DNA of 64,000 bases, from positions 1,426,001 through 1,490,000 of the forward strand of contig NW_027117344.1 in assembly GCF_038025025.1 (NCBI RefSeq). The letters are read 5' to 3'. The notes under the pieces were generated by a model. That model had not been told where the DNA came from. It did no database searches and worked only from the letters and a program-made list of their open reading frames with translations. Made by a program: the position numbers and the translations under genes. Each line of letters starts with the position of its first letter. Within the stretch, counting starts at the first letter, position 1. This DNA is from Phyllosticta citribraziliensis. Lineage: Eukaryota. Shown here in pieces: positions 12,215 to 25,278 of the stretch.

Positions 12215-15130
12215 CCCCCGCGCGTGCTTGCTCTTGTGCCTGTAACCGGGATTGAACTTGACTGATTGAAATGGGATTGTGTTGTTGATCGATCGATTGA
12301 GCAAATCAAACGAGCAGAGGATTTTCCAGAATGAGATTGTATTTGAGAATCGCCGTGCGTGTGTCGTCTTCCATGATTTGGTTGTCCGTGATGGCAGGTT
12401 TGACGCTGGGTCTGCGCACGCGGTGGGCATCCGGTCGATGCGGTGGTGTTGTTGGCTCGGTTGGACATGTCCTGCTTCCACACTTGGTTCAGCCGAAGAT
12501 CCATCCCAAATGCTATGCGAGTCTACGTTCGTCACCGAGCAAAGGCGAAATGGCGGAGTGGGTTGGCTGGTCCTGCGCTCGTGCTTGTCCGACGCGGCGA
12601 CTGTGGCCGGCCGGCTGAGTGGTTGCGCGCATGATCAATCCGGCCCAGACTGAGTTTTGTCGGTGGGAAAGCGGTGCGTGGATGGAGTCGAGACTGCATC
12701 TTGTTGTCCCGTGATGATGGTTCTTCTCTTTCTTCTTGGCCTTCCTGCTCTCCCTCTTGCCGTCCACCTTCGTTTCAAACCTTGTCCTCTTCGTCGTCCT
12801 TTCTTCTTCGGCTCCTCTTCTTCTTGGGCTCCGCGTCTGGATCGCCACGAGGGCGGAAAGGTTGGCCAGCTGTGTCGAGAATGTGCAAGCGAGTGGGTAG
12901 CTTTTGGGTCACTGACTGCTCGCTCAGGGCGTGCAAAGTCGATGTGTCACCCTGCCATTCCGCCTGTTGCCTGGTAGGATTTTTCTAAACCCTCGTCCAC
13001 TGACTCGGCGCATCCGGTTTGGGTAGTTGACTATGGTGGCGACGCGTTGTTCTTGTTTGAGCATGCATGCGCTGAGGGTGGAAAGAAGACTTCCACACAT
13101 GCGCAAATAGACGTGACTGGTTGGAAAGAAAGAGAAAAAAGAGGAAACAGCGGACGCCTAGGTAAGACGAGCGGGTATGCCATGATACGACATCAAGCAA
13201 GACTAGAACGCAGAGTGGGAGGAAAAGGTTGTGACAAATTCTAGTCAACAGTGGAAAGGGGACGGACAAGAGTGGGAGGTGGGTGGGTGGGGAGAAATGA
13301 CAGAGAAAAGGTTAGAGCAAAAGGTGAGTATAAAGGACATAGTGGGAGCAGGTACCAAGAAGGTTATTGACTAGGATGGACAGTGAGGGTGCAAAAGGAA
13401 GAAGGAATAATGATCAAATAAATTGATAACGGGGTAAAAAGCAAGAAAGGGTGCGAATGAGAAGAAATGAGGCAAGAGAAGAAGAAGGCTTGACCACATC
13501 AAGGTGCAGCAGCGAGGGGAGATGAGACAAGAAGGATGGTTGCAAGCGCGATAGCTGGTGACAATGGTGCCATGGGGGGAGGCCGTCGGGATAGAAGGTC
13601 AACGAGCCAATCACGCACGACTGAGCTGCCTTACCACCACCGCCCGACACGCGCAACCAACCTACCTTTCAAAGATACTTATCAGCAGTCAGGCCATCAC
13701 GGTACCTGCCTGTTGGCACGGCACCCTGAGGGCCCAGGTAAGTCGGAAACTCTGCAACGTGAAACGGGGGACGCATCGCACACCCACCACCAACTCACCT
13801 GCCTGTTTCGGAGAACTGCGGCGAGCAGTACGAATGCTCGGCAGCAGGTAGCAGCATCGAGCACTGTCGAGACGAGGGAGGGGGCGTAGGTATATGATGA
13901 AGGCCGTCAGAGTCAAATGTACCTTGGACCCAAAAAAGCACGCAAAAACGCGCCCCTGACGCCACCCAGTCTGGCTCTCACCCACCCCCTCGCGATCCCC
14001 ACCAGTTTCTCTGGCGTAACAGCATGCCCTTTTTGGGGGTGGAGCGGGACGGCTCGGGCGGGGCGGAGGCCGTCGGAGAAGCGCGTCGGTAGGGTGCCAG
14101 GCAGTGCCGTCGCAGGCCGACCAGGGCAGGGGTGCGTGCTGCCGTCTGCGGAGGGCCAGAACAGGGGTTTGGCTTCTTGGCACGAGGGCGAGGTTTTAGT
14201 CGTGGCCGATGCTGAATTTGCCCTATTCTGATTCGCGAGGCCCGCGGAGCAGGACGTACGAACGAGACTTGTCGTTGGATGGTGTGATGGTCTGCCTTTC
14301 TTTGCATTTTCCAGTAAAATTGGTCTTTGAAGGCGTCGTTACTGCCGCGTGCATGGCTTGCTGGCCGGGAAACTTTGCCTCGATTGGGATGCTTGGCCAT
14401 CAAGCATGCTCTCAGCCGCCGTAGTTGGTTGGTCGGTTGGCCTTTTGAAAGAAGAGGCTGTGGAAAGAGCTGTGCAGCAAAGATAAATTTGGTGGGTGTG
14501 GTTGGAGAAGGAGGAGAACAGACCACCAATCTCTCTGATGCCATGGGGTTCTGCCTTTACGTGAGAGCATGGTAGAATCTCGACATGAAGTGGCGAGACG
14601 GTGCCAGGGATTTTTCTTCTTTTCCAGGTGCAGGCTTTGGCTGAGTCCGGGCTTGTGACAGCGAACAAGAGCGCCCACGTGCGGTGCAGCAAAGATTGTC
14701 TGAAGATTCCATCGAGTAAACGAAACACGCCCTTGGTGGTTGATGCGGCTCGTGCTTGTCGTTATCGGTTGGGAGGGTGTGGTTGGCGTACCACGGTATG
14801 CAATCATATCGAGTAAAGACCAAGGCACAGTATGCAGCGCGGGTCGATCAGGGCAGGGCAGAGGACAGCCCAGGGCGTGTGGCGGAGATGCGGAGAAAGG
14901 GCAATCCCGGTGGTAGCCGGACTGAGGTGCTCTTTGGAGGTTGCGTTGGATAATGGATTGCGCTGTTTATGTACACGGACGTGTTGCTGTTTGGCTGTTG
15001 GCGCGCCGAAGCTTGAGATATTGTCAGGTAAAGGCAATGCCGCACGTCCAGGATTTGTCGACTGCCGTCTTCCGTCCAGCAGGGTGTCGTGAAGCGGTGG
15101 TTGTGGTGATGAAAGTCGTGGCCGTTGGGT

Positions 15131-15156
15131 GCTGTGCTGTGCTGTGCTGTGCTGTG
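15131..15156. repeat. (GCTGT)5 microsatellite
   Basis: Visible directly in the sequence. Confidence 0.9.
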
Positions 15157-15305
15157 GGTTAAGCGAAGACGAGCAGGTTTGAGAGAAAACACCGTCTCTA
15201 TGTACGTACCGACTCCATTATCTCATCTGCTGTGCTGAAACCTGCTCACAGAGATTGCTCTATAAGGACACCTATCGTCCCCATCCATCAGACACGTCGA
15301 CGTAC

Positions 15306-15330
15306 GTGTCGTGTCGTGTCGTGTCGTGTC
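15306..15330. repeat. (GTGTC)5 microsatellite
   Basis: Visible directly in the sequence. Confidence 0.9.
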
Positions 15331-16549
15331 CTTGACCGGCTTGTCGGCCGCCTATCTCGCTCACCGTTCCACTGATATCGACTATCGCCCTGGACGACGA
15401 CGGACAGATCAGGAAGCTCAAAGCGGTGACCACCGCATCTTGGGAGAATGACAGCGGATCAACTGTCGGAATGAAAGAGCTCGGAAGATCCGGTTGCAGC
15501 TGACGCTTGCGGATTGCTCGTTGCGACTCTGTCTTGCCAATCATTTCGCAACGAGCAGTCCTCGCGACGCGTTGCTTCGCGCCATTGGTCCGACTCGAAC
15601 GGTACGCATGGACTCCAGTATAGCTGGCTCGCTATCGAAGGCGAATCTTCATCGCTCATCGCGCAAGCGAACTCGCTGCCAACTCTCGGCCGGTCGGACG
15701 GACGTGTCCAGCGATTCCCTCTGTCGCAGAGATTCATAGCACGCAATCGTTCCGCTAGGCGAGTCGGTTCCTGGGCCAGGATTTGGAAGAAAGAGCAGCG
15801 CTTTTGCTTACACGCGTCTTTTCGTTGTTGATACACGTCTCAGGATCCTGAAGGAAGCTCAAGACGCCGGCGCGACACTCTCCAAACACCTCTCACCTCC
15901 TGCCTTCCCCCCACGCCACGCGCCAAAAACCTGGGGGAACGTCCAATGATTCTTCCGACGCGGGTAAGCTGACTACCAATGGTGTATTGCGGGAGCGAGC
16001 CCATGGTTCGGCCAGGCTTCAGTTCCTCTGAACACCCGGCAGCGCTTGTCGTCACGATTGCCCCTCTCCGTGCCGAACTGGTCTGTCTGCCTGCTTTTAC
16101 CAGCCGGTCGACCTTTCACCTGTATTTCCGCTGACTACACGTGCAAATCTGCCCTCCCTTCCGCCTACTGCACCTCCCCCCGTTTGACCAGTGCCAGGAC
16201 CTCACCGCGCAACGTCACCGGCAAGGGGAGAAAAGGTTTGAAATGGTGTTTGGGCGCGACGCATTTTTCGCGCAGCAGACATTCGCAGCGCATGGCGGAC
16301 CAACCAGCGTCGCGGCGCCACCAACTCCCAAGCTGATCGCACGAGGTGGGTACATGTAGGCACCAGAAGAGGGTGAGCCAAGAGGGGGCACGTCAGTTAC
16401 AGCACGGTAGGAGAGAAGCGCGTCAGTCAGAACAGTGGTTTCTTCTTGCCTTGGAGTCGTGCCGCTGCATCCGTGCTACTGGGCAGCGCGCGCAGCGCAG
16501 GCAGCTGAAGCAATTGGCAGCGTTGTTGAAACCTCTTGTCGTTGGCTCT

Positions 16550-16557
16550 TATAAATA
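16550..16557 (+). promoter_or_regulatory. TATA box of the cupredoxin gene
   Basis: TATAAATA about 170 nt upstream of the ATG, followed by a CT-rich stretch. Confidence 0.6.
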
Positions 16558-16721
16558 CCATTTGTTCTGGTGCCGCATTCTCCTTGTACTCGCCCTCCTT
16601 TCATAGCCCTGCCAATCTTCCACCATCGAAAATATAGGACTTTGACTGCCCTCCTGATCTCATTTCCAGCTTCAATTCCAGTGTCATCGACCAATCCAGC
16701 AAATCTCAGCAAAATAACGAG

Positions 16722-17370
16722 ATGCACTTCACGCACTTTCTCCCCACAGCAGCGCTGCTCGCGCTCGCCGCAGCCCGCAACCAAGAGGTCTCCGTCGGCA
16801 AGAACGGGCTGACATTCGAGCCCAACAACATCGTCGCGTCGCCGGGCGACACGCTGACGTTCAAGTTCTACCCGCGGGCGCACTCGGTCGTGCAGAGCGA
16901 CTTCCAGAACGCGTGCCAGCCCATCGAAAACGGCTTCAACAGCAACATCATCCCCGTGCCCGAGGGCGTCGGCGACACGGTGTTTGTGCTGCAGGTCAAC
17001 GACACGCGCCCCATTTGGATCTACTGCAGCCAGGCCAAGCATTGCCAGGCCGGCATGGTGGCCGTTGTCAATCAGGCGTAAGTGGCCCGCCGCTCCTTCT
17101 TTCAAGTCCTGTTGTCGGTGATTTGCTTTGTGCTCACGTCGGATCTGCTGCAGACCGGGACCCAACTCCCTCGAGGCGTACGCCGCCGCTGCCAAAAACG
17201 TCCCCGCCGCCGGCGTGCCGACGGTCGTCCAGGGCGGCGTGCTCGAGGCTGCCTCCGCGGCGCCCACTCCCGGCGCCACGCCCGGCGTGTCCAACGCTGC
17301 TGCTGCCGAGACGGCGGCCTACGGGTTTGCGGGCGTCGCTGCGCTCGCTGCTAGCTTGTGGGGCTTCTGA
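16722..17370 (+). CDS. Secreted, probably GPI-anchored cupredoxin (extracellular serine-rich protein family)
   Basis: Exons 16722-17077 and 17154-17370. Signal peptide; type-1 Cu ligands in HSVVQS...YCSQAKHCQAGM; Ala-rich linker and hydrophobic C-terminus. Confidence 0.9.
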
Positions 17371-19969
17371 GCGGATGGGTTCTACAGTCGGTGTGTGTGT
17401 TGTGTCCGAAAAGGGGAGGAAAAGTGACAAGAGACGATGATAGAGGGTTGCCTTTCAAGAGTGTGGGAGGTTTCGGGGGGCGAAGAAATTTGTACTTTTA
17501 TGTTCTTGACGAAAGCACGCTCAGGGGATTCATTAGAGCTGTAACGACTGGATGAAATGGCACCACGGCATAGTACGGGAGGGGAGGTTTTTGGACAGCA
17601 GGGGAAGGGCATGTTGGTATGGGGGAGATGAAGACGTTTCCTATCCTCACAATGACACGAGCATTGATCTTTGTAGCACACTTTGCATCTGGTCCTTTCT
17701 TTTCCTTCCGGCCTCACACAACGCCCGCGCCAATGGATCAGACATCTGGCCGATCCGGCAGATCAGACATCCCTCGCCTTATACGAGCACATGGGGGAGC
17801 CCCGGAAAGCCACGAAGCTTCCATCACCAGTCCGGCCGCTCTGGAGTCACTCCCCATGTCTCAGTCGCCCACCACGAACAAAACCTCGGCCAAACGCCAG
17901 GGCTTTTGTGATGGCGAAGGAAATCCAGGCCCATGGTCGCCGGATATCGATCTATCCGACGTAGATCTGCACGCGCCGCTCGTTGCACATGGGATGGCCT
18001 TGTCATGCGTGATTTGCCCGCTTTCTCCAAGTGCATCTGGCCGTGTGAGACAACTGGCGCAAGCAGGTAGGGGTAGATCTTGTGTGCATGTACGACGTAT
18101 GGGCAACGACGTGCTAATTGCGGTGGGTGATTGTTTAGGCGAAAGGAGTGCATATGGCGAAGGAAACGTTTTGAATCTGCGCCAGTAGCGCGTATGAGAT
18201 GTTGAAGAGAAGTGTGGCGCGAGCGTTCGGTATCAATGTGCTGTGCATTGAGCGGGAATCTATGCAGCACCTGCAGTCATGTAATATGCACGTCGTGAGC
18301 GGCCCGTAGTCGTCAGCCATACTTGCAAAGACTTATTGAGCTCCAACATGCAGCCCATCCGAAGCGCTAGTATGGACGAAGTCAAAAGAGACATTGTGTA
18401 GGGTCATAATTCAGGTCCTGGCCAACAAGGCGCTCACATCTTCGAAAGTCGGAAAAAGAACAAGCCCTCGAGATTAATGAGATTAATGCTGAAAATGGCC
18501 CAATGAGAGAAGGGTGTGACCTCTTTGTGAAACTCAAATTGGAGCAGTTGGGCGTCAACTGCTTTTCGAATCTGAAACGTAAAACCACTCAATTTGACAA
18601 AGGGCCAATGTTAGTGCTGTCGCGCCTTGATGCGGCGCAGGCTTGGGCTTGTAGGCAAACCTTCCAAGAACAGCTTGCTTAGACCAACAGGCATCTAGAT
18701 TTGATGGCGCTGGCCGGATCATCCAAAAGCATTTCGATGTCTTGGGTGAGATTTGGCACGTGTCAAGACATGAGGAAGCTGGACCTTGAAGCGGGAAGCA
18801 GCGCAGGCGTAGGAGAGCTCTGTGCTACGTCCGCAGCAAGTAGCGACAGGGCGAAATGGACGCGTTTGATGGAGGCTGGGTTATGCGCGTGCAGCATTTG
18901 TGCTGGCGAGCCGAGTATTGGGTGTAGGGATCAGGGATGAGGCGAGTAAACGATTCAGATCGGGTCCGAGCGGAGGGTTCTATCGTAATGGATGGACCCT
19001 TTTCGAGTCTCGGCGTCGGCCAAGCCGTAGGGACTGTATGTACCTTGACTGTGCGCACCCGCGGTGTTTCGGGTCATGGTACAGGCGTCGCTGAGATGTG
19101 TTCTGATGATAGCAAAGCTTGGCTGATGGAAAAAGAGAAGGATGATGGAAAAGTCGCACCGTGTATGTAGGAGGTCGATGCGAGGGGCCACACGCGCGCG
19201 CATGTGAGCCGCAGCTCGCAGGGATGATGGCCAAGGGCATGGTGCGGCGGGCTCGCTCCGGCCAAGTCGTGGGGGTTGTGCGGCGTGTGGGAGCAGAGGA
19301 TGGAGTGCGACAGAGGAGTGGGCAAGTGGGAGAGTGGGTAAAGTGGATGAGTAAGCCGGCGATGAAATGATCCGGTAATGACGGCGAATGGAATGGAGCC
19401 AACTGGAACCCGACCAAGGCAGGCCGTCCAGTGTTTCCTCTGCTCTGGGAGGCCAATGTAACGCAGGGAAACTTGCCTTGCATGCATCAGATCACGGCAC
19501 GACCGCCCTGCTGCACCGTTGTCAAGTGTGGCGCGGCGCGGGCGGAAAAGTTGTGTTGGGCGGGACACGAAGACTCCCGCTGGGACTCCCTCGCCATGGC
19601 GACGAATCCAGGGCTGGCGCTGTCCAACGACCGCTTCCGGAGCGGCTGTGGCTGCGGGAAACCAGCACCTCTCGTCCAGCACTGCCATGCCTGAAACCAC
19701 GCTGCAACTCTGCTCTCTGCCTGGTCCTGCTCTTACGCGTAAGTAGACCCAGCCGGGCTCGTGGCCAAGTCAGCGCTACAGCACCAAGACAAACCGCTCC
19801 TGACATGCTCTGCGTTTGACCACCTTTTTAACTTCTACCCCTCTACCTACTTTGCCCGGCCCGTGTCCTTAGCGCGACTCGCCGTCGTCCTCTCGAATGT
19901 CATAAACCCGTCGGCCCCAGCGCCCTCACATCTTCTCCATCTCTCCCCCCTGCCCCATCCACCGCGCAA

Positions 19970-21684
19970 ATGTCAGAGTCCTCGGAGCGTCTGCAGTGGA
20001 TTGGCACCGCCGCCCATGGCCGCCGCAAGCCTGGCGAAGCAGGCCAGTCTCAAGACCTGGGCAACCTCCAGCGCTCTGCGTCCTCGATATCATGGCGCAA
20101 CAAGAACTCTTCGTGGCCGACCACTTGCATCTTCATGATGACGGTGCCCCCAGCCTTGGTCATCTACACTTGGATTGCTCTCGAGTACTTTGATGGCTCT
20201 CTCCTCAACGCCTTGTACGCCATGCAAGCCCAGGGCTTTTCCGCCTTCGTCAGGCTGTACGCTCCCGCGCCAAGCCTGCAAGCCAATGCCCTGTATGCCA
20301 CTTGGATCTTGTTCCAGGCTTTTCTCTACACCGTCTTGCCCGGCCGGAGCAAGGGCCAAATGACTCCAGCTGGCCACTTGCTCGAATACCGAACCAACGG
20401 CCTTCTCGCCTACGAGATTTCCGTTGCTCTGTTTTTGTTGTGCGTCTTCTCCGGCTTTTTGGATCCGACCATCATCGCCCGTCATTGGGAGGGCCTCATC
20501 GTTGCCTACAACATTTGGGGCTATGCCTTATCTTGTATCGCCTATATCAAGGCCCACTACGCGCCAAGCCACGCTGATGACCGACACTTCAGTGGTAAGT
20601 TCGACCTGAATTTCTCAAAGTTCCTCGCTCCGGATACAGGCAGCTAAGCGAAGACCAGGCTCCGCGCTGTATGACTTCCTCATGGGTATTGAGTTTAATC
20701 CTCGCTTCGGCACCGACTGGGACTGGAAGTTGTTCCACAACGAGCGCCCCGGCATAATCGCCTGGACTTTGATGTAAGTCATCCGAGGTGCTCGCGTCAG
20801 TCTCTTTCTGACGGCTCTAGCAACTTTTCTTTCGCGGCGGTCCAGTATAAGAAGTTTGGAACCGTCACCAACTCCATGATCATCGTCAACATCTTCCATC
20901 TGATGTACGTTGTTGATCTATTCATCAACGAGGCTTGGTAAGTTGTGCACTCTCATTGGCCGAAAGCCGAGATCTAACCTGCCCAATCAGGTACGTCAAG
21001 ACCATTGATATTGCTCACGACCACTTCGGCTTCTACCTGGCTTGGGGCTCAGCTGTTTGGCTGCCTACCATGTACACGCTCCAAACGCAGTACCTTGCCC
21101 GGAACCCTGTGCAACTGCACCCGGCTGTGGCTGCCGCCATTTTGTGCGTTGGCCTCGGAGGTTACTGGCTTTTCCGTTCCGTCAACGACCAGAAGTACCG
21201 CGTCCGCCGCACCAATGGCGACTGCAAGATCTGGGGCAAGCCGGCCAAATACATGCGCGCCTCGTACGTTACCGGGGACGGCAAAACCCACGAGAGTATT
21301 CTTCTCATGTCTGGTGAGTTTCGCTTGATTTGATTCGTTGCCCTGCACGCGGGCCGAGTCAGCCGGCTTGGATTTGCCTCTGCTGCCCGCCCGTTATCTG
21401 CTCTTTGGCAAACACTCTTTCTTGAAATCAACGGCTAACATTGGTCAGGCTGGTGGGGCGTGTCGCGCCACTTCAACTATGTCGGCGACTTGATGCTATC
21501 TTACGCCATGTGTGCCGTGTGCGGAACGCGCGATTTGATTCCCTGGACCTACGCCTTCTTCATGACGGCCATCCTGGTCCACCGCTGCCTTCGCGACGAG
21601 AAGCGATTGGAGACTAAGTACGGTGAGCAGTGGACCAAGTATTGCGCGCAGGTCCGGTGGAGGTTGATTCCCGGCATCTGGTAA
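19970..21684 (+). CDS. DHCR7: 7-dehydrocholesterol (sterol delta-7) reductase-like, ERG4/ERG24 family
   Basis: Exons 19970-20594, 20659-20773, 20821-20937, 20991-21313, 21449-21684. Motifs [61 protein letters not shown] and HRCLRDE...KYG..W match the DHCR7 subfamily. Confidence 0.9.
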
Positions 21685-22177
21685 CACCACTGCACGAATC
21701 CTTCCATCTATCCCCAAATTGGAATCTCTAAGCGTTTAGTTCTGCAGTTTGGTTGAATGATGATGTAGATGATCTTTCCATTCAAGACAAGTCTTGGTTG
21801 AATTCCCTGCTAGATGAGCTTATGTAGCGTAAAGCGCAGTCCGCGCGGCGGTACATAATTCATGCCAACGCAACGTTGACACGTGCTTAGACGACAAGTT
21901 GGAGAAGGATCTTGATCGCGGTAAATTTCAGCAATACATTGCTTACAGCAGTAGTATTGATGAGCTATGCGCTTCCTTCGGTCTGTCCTACAAGGCTCAA
22001 GAACAAGCATGTGATGAAACTGCAAACAAAACGTCATGGCAGCTACCCTTCCATATTCGGCTAGCCTGCTCTCGGTCTTGGCTTCCACCGTCGAGGCGCC
22101 CCGCTACCACACAAATAATCTACAAGGCCAGCGGCATCTGTACCTCACCATCCCATCTCCCGTCTCCGAAGAGAACA

Positions 22178-22795
22178 ATGCCGCTTTTCTCGCGGTTTCG
22201 CACGCCGACCTACAAAAACACAGGGTCTGTCGCTCGCGACCATCTTGCGTCCGAACGCACCCTCCTCGCCTGGCTGCGGACAGGTCTTGGCTTCATCGCC
22301 CTAGGCATTGCCGTCGAGCGCTTCAGCCAACTGGACCTTTCGCTTTTACTTGCTCCGACAGCGACTGTTGCGCGGCCTTTCAGCACCTCGGATCTCCCGG
22401 CGCGGACGGACTCGCATGAACAACACGGCCCCACGACTGCGGATGGTGGTGCTGCTCTACAGGGTCGTGGAGCGTCCCGCGCTCAGCTCCAGTCGCAGCT
22501 CTCACAACCTCAGCCACAATCCCTGCGTACAACTGCAACGCCTGCACTGCCGCCGTCGCCAAAGTCTGAAGCTTCTCCAGAAAGCCCACAACTCCTCGTC
22601 GGAGCGCTCATGGGCGTTGGCACTGGAGCCATTGCCTACGGTGCTCAGCGCTACTTTGTCAACATGCGCTTGCTGGAGCGCGGCCTATTCCGGCCGGCAT
22701 ACTACGGCGCGGGAGCCATGGCGGTCGCGGTTGCGGGGTTGGCAGGTGGAGCATACGTTGGTATCGTAAGGGAGGGAAGACAAAGGAACGCTTAA
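22178..22795 (+). CDS. DUF202/YidH-like membrane protein
   Basis: NTGSVARDHLASERTLLAWLRTGL signature and three hydrophobic segments. ATG at 22178 in good context (acaATG). Confidence 0.88.
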   Translation: MPLFSRFRTPTYKNTGSVARDHLASERTLLAWLRTGLGFIALGIAVERFSQLDLSLLLAPTATVARPFSTSDLPARTDSHEQHGPTTADGGAALQGRGASRAQLQSQLSQPQPQSLRTTATPALPPSPKSEASPESPQLLVGALMGVGTGAIAYGAQRYFVNMRLLERGLFRPAYYGAGAMAVAVAGLAGGAYVGIVREGRQRNA

Positions 22796-24051
22796 ACTTG
22801 CGATTGAATGTCCAATTGGATAGGGAGTTTGGCAAAAAGGTAAATGCCGTGCATTACGCACCGTCATGGGCAAAAAGCTTCATACTTGGAATGTCCATGA
22901 CAACGCGTCGTGTCGAACCTATGATGTCGGGCTGGGAGCGCACACTCGGGATTCGCCGGAAAGTCGCCGGATGCAAAAACCACGAGATATGGACGGCACT
23001 GGGACCATCCGAGAAGACAGCCCCCATGCCTGAGGATTCGGCGATGCCAACGAGGACACTGTTGGTTGGGATTGATTCGGCCGCTCCACGAACGTGTCAT
23101 GAGAGGGGGCCATGAAACCATTGGCAAGTTGAACGCTTCCTCGACCGTGGATTCCGGTTTGGAAGCCTCAGCCACGAAACGAGTCAACATCAGGTCTGTG
23201 GGCATGTGACGATCAAAGCTGCAAGAGCAGTAGGTGCAGAATGGAGACGTGAAGGCTTCCCATGTCCTTGCTTACAAGTCCTCAAACGAGAGGCTTTTGG
23301 GCGATTGGTCCTTTGATGGATACATCTTCACCGGTCGACAACACCACCCTAAAACTTGTGACCGAGCAGAGCGGTGTACGGATTACCATCCATCCGAAGC
23401 AAAGTCTCGCTAGACATCTCGCACGAATCACAGCGCGCGGTCTGCAAACAATAGACGACACACAGAAACGATGACGCCAAGCAGCAACAACCAGTTCTTA
23501 TTGGTGAAGAAGAGAAAGAAAAAAAGTTGGCCGACGCCCCCACTGCACGAGCCGTTCTCGGAGCCCACTTCTACAATTATCCTATCTGGGAAAAGAACGA
23601 CACTCGGCCAAGCCCCAAAATAGCATCTGCGCGGCAGGCTGTGCCGCCTGAGGAGTGAATCTGCGAGGCCGTCACTCTGCAAACAGCAGCGCTCGACATA
23701 GATTTGGCCCCGTCTGGAGGATGGGCTGTGTCTTGTTGGGTGGACATGTTGCTTTATCGTATGTAAGTGTGGGGATGAGCAGGTAGGTGGGCACGAGCTT
23801 GACCGCTTAGTAGGCTCCAGCTCTTGCTGCGTCGTGGTCCGCGCGTGGGTGTCGTGTGGTGTTATATTGTTCTCTTGCCTACTCAACACCACGTCATCTT
23901 GCCCGCTCTTATCTTTGCCATCGCGTTCATCCACGGATTTCTGTTGTTGGAGACTGACAGACCAAAGAGTCGCGAAAAGCCCTACGGTGTGATTGACTTG
24001 TCCGTTGAAAGGACAACACATTCGACAACGTGATACCCACCTCACGCAAAC

Positions 24052-25278
24052 ATGGCACCAAGACCCCATTCAGTACCAAGGACGCCCTCAACCCCAGGCC
24101 CTTTGCCCTCATTCCCAGCCGCCGCCGAAACTAGATACACGCCCGCTCACCAACACCGACGGAATGCATCAGCAACGTCCTTCTCATCCACCTCGACAGC
24201 CGTAACCATGACGGAAGAGAGGATGCAAAAGCCAGACTTGGAACTTGGTCCAGGCGTCGGCGGCAGTAGCCCGGCCCAAGCCCATAACACTGCTGAACCC
24301 CATCTCCTGTGGAAGGTAGCACTACGGACGTGTTCCAACATAGTGTCGGCGGTCGGCTTCGTCACGCTCGTGTGGGCAGCCAGCAACGCGCGCCGGCATC
24401 ACGGTCATGACTGGCTCGACAACAGCAGCATCGGTGTGGCAGCTATTCCGGTATGTATATGGAAAACATCAATCCCGCCTGCTGCTCGCATGGAATTAAC
24501 AGCCTCGCAGTTTGCCTTCTCCCTCGTCTTCAACACTGTCGTCTTGACCGCCGCCTCCCTGCACTTGCGTCGCCGCGTCTCGTCACCGCTTCACCCTTTT
24601 GTCAGCATCACCGCCGATCTGCTTTTGTGGATGTCGCTCGTCATAGTCGCGCTGATTGCGTACCTCGCCGCGCTCGACGTTGCATATGTAACGGGCGAGA
24701 CGACGACAACACCGCCTGGTGACAACAGCAACAGTGCCGCCGACAGCAGCGCCGCCGACCGCCACGCCCAGCAGCACGTCCGCCAGCCGCTCTACTACGT
24801 CAGCGGGTCCCTGGCCTGCGCTGCCACCGCGCTGCATTTTGCACTGTTCGTCTGGGGCTGCGTCGACGCACGGCAATGTCGCTCCTCCTCGTCTGCCCGC
24901 CCTGCCTCCTCGTCCGGCTCCACCTACTCGCACGCGTCGTACGACGAGGCGGCCTTTGCCGAGGAGCGCGCCCGCCAGCTGGTCGGCGAGATGGTGCGGA
25001 CGGGCCGCTTGCGCGTCGTGCGGCGCGGGTCCGGGCCGGACGGCGTCGAGGTCGAGGGCGGCGAGGGCGAGGGCATGGAGCCGTTGCTTGCGGCTGTCGA
25101 GAGAGGCCTCCTGAGAGCGGGCGTCGTCAGGCCGCATCATCAGGGGGTCGAGTCGGGCGTTCAGACGGCGCTCGTGGCGCATGAGCAGGGGACGGAGAAC
25201 GCGAAGGGAGAGGTTGAGGTGAGGGACGAAGAAGAGCCCATGGAGAAGGCAAAGGAGGATAAGGTCCGTTGGACTTGA
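24052..25278 (+). CDS. Four-TM (MARVEL-like) membrane protein of unknown function
   Basis: Long ORF with GC3 bias and four hydrophobic helices. Probable in-frame 60-nt intron at 24451-24510 (GTATGT..TTAAC..CAG). Confidence 0.75.
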   Translation: MAPRPHSVPRTPSTPGPLPSFPAAAETRYTPAHQHRRNASATSFSSTSTAVTMTEERMQKPDLELGPGVGGSSPAQAHNTAEPHLLWKVALRTCSNIVSAVGFVTLVWAASNARRHHGHDWLDNSSIGVAAIPVCIWKTSIPPAARMELTASQFAFSLVFNTVVLTAASLHLRRRVSSPLHPFVSITADLLLWMSLVIVALIAYLAALDVAYVTGETTTTPPGDNSNSAADSSAADRHAQQHVRQPLYYVSGSLACAATALHFALFVWGCVDARQCRSSSSARPASSSGSTYSHASYDEAAFAEERARQLVGEMVRTGRLRVVRRGSGPDGVEVEGGEGEGMEPLLAAVERGLLRAGVVRPHHQGVESGVQTALVAHEQGTENAKGEVEVRDEEEPMEKAKEDKVRWT

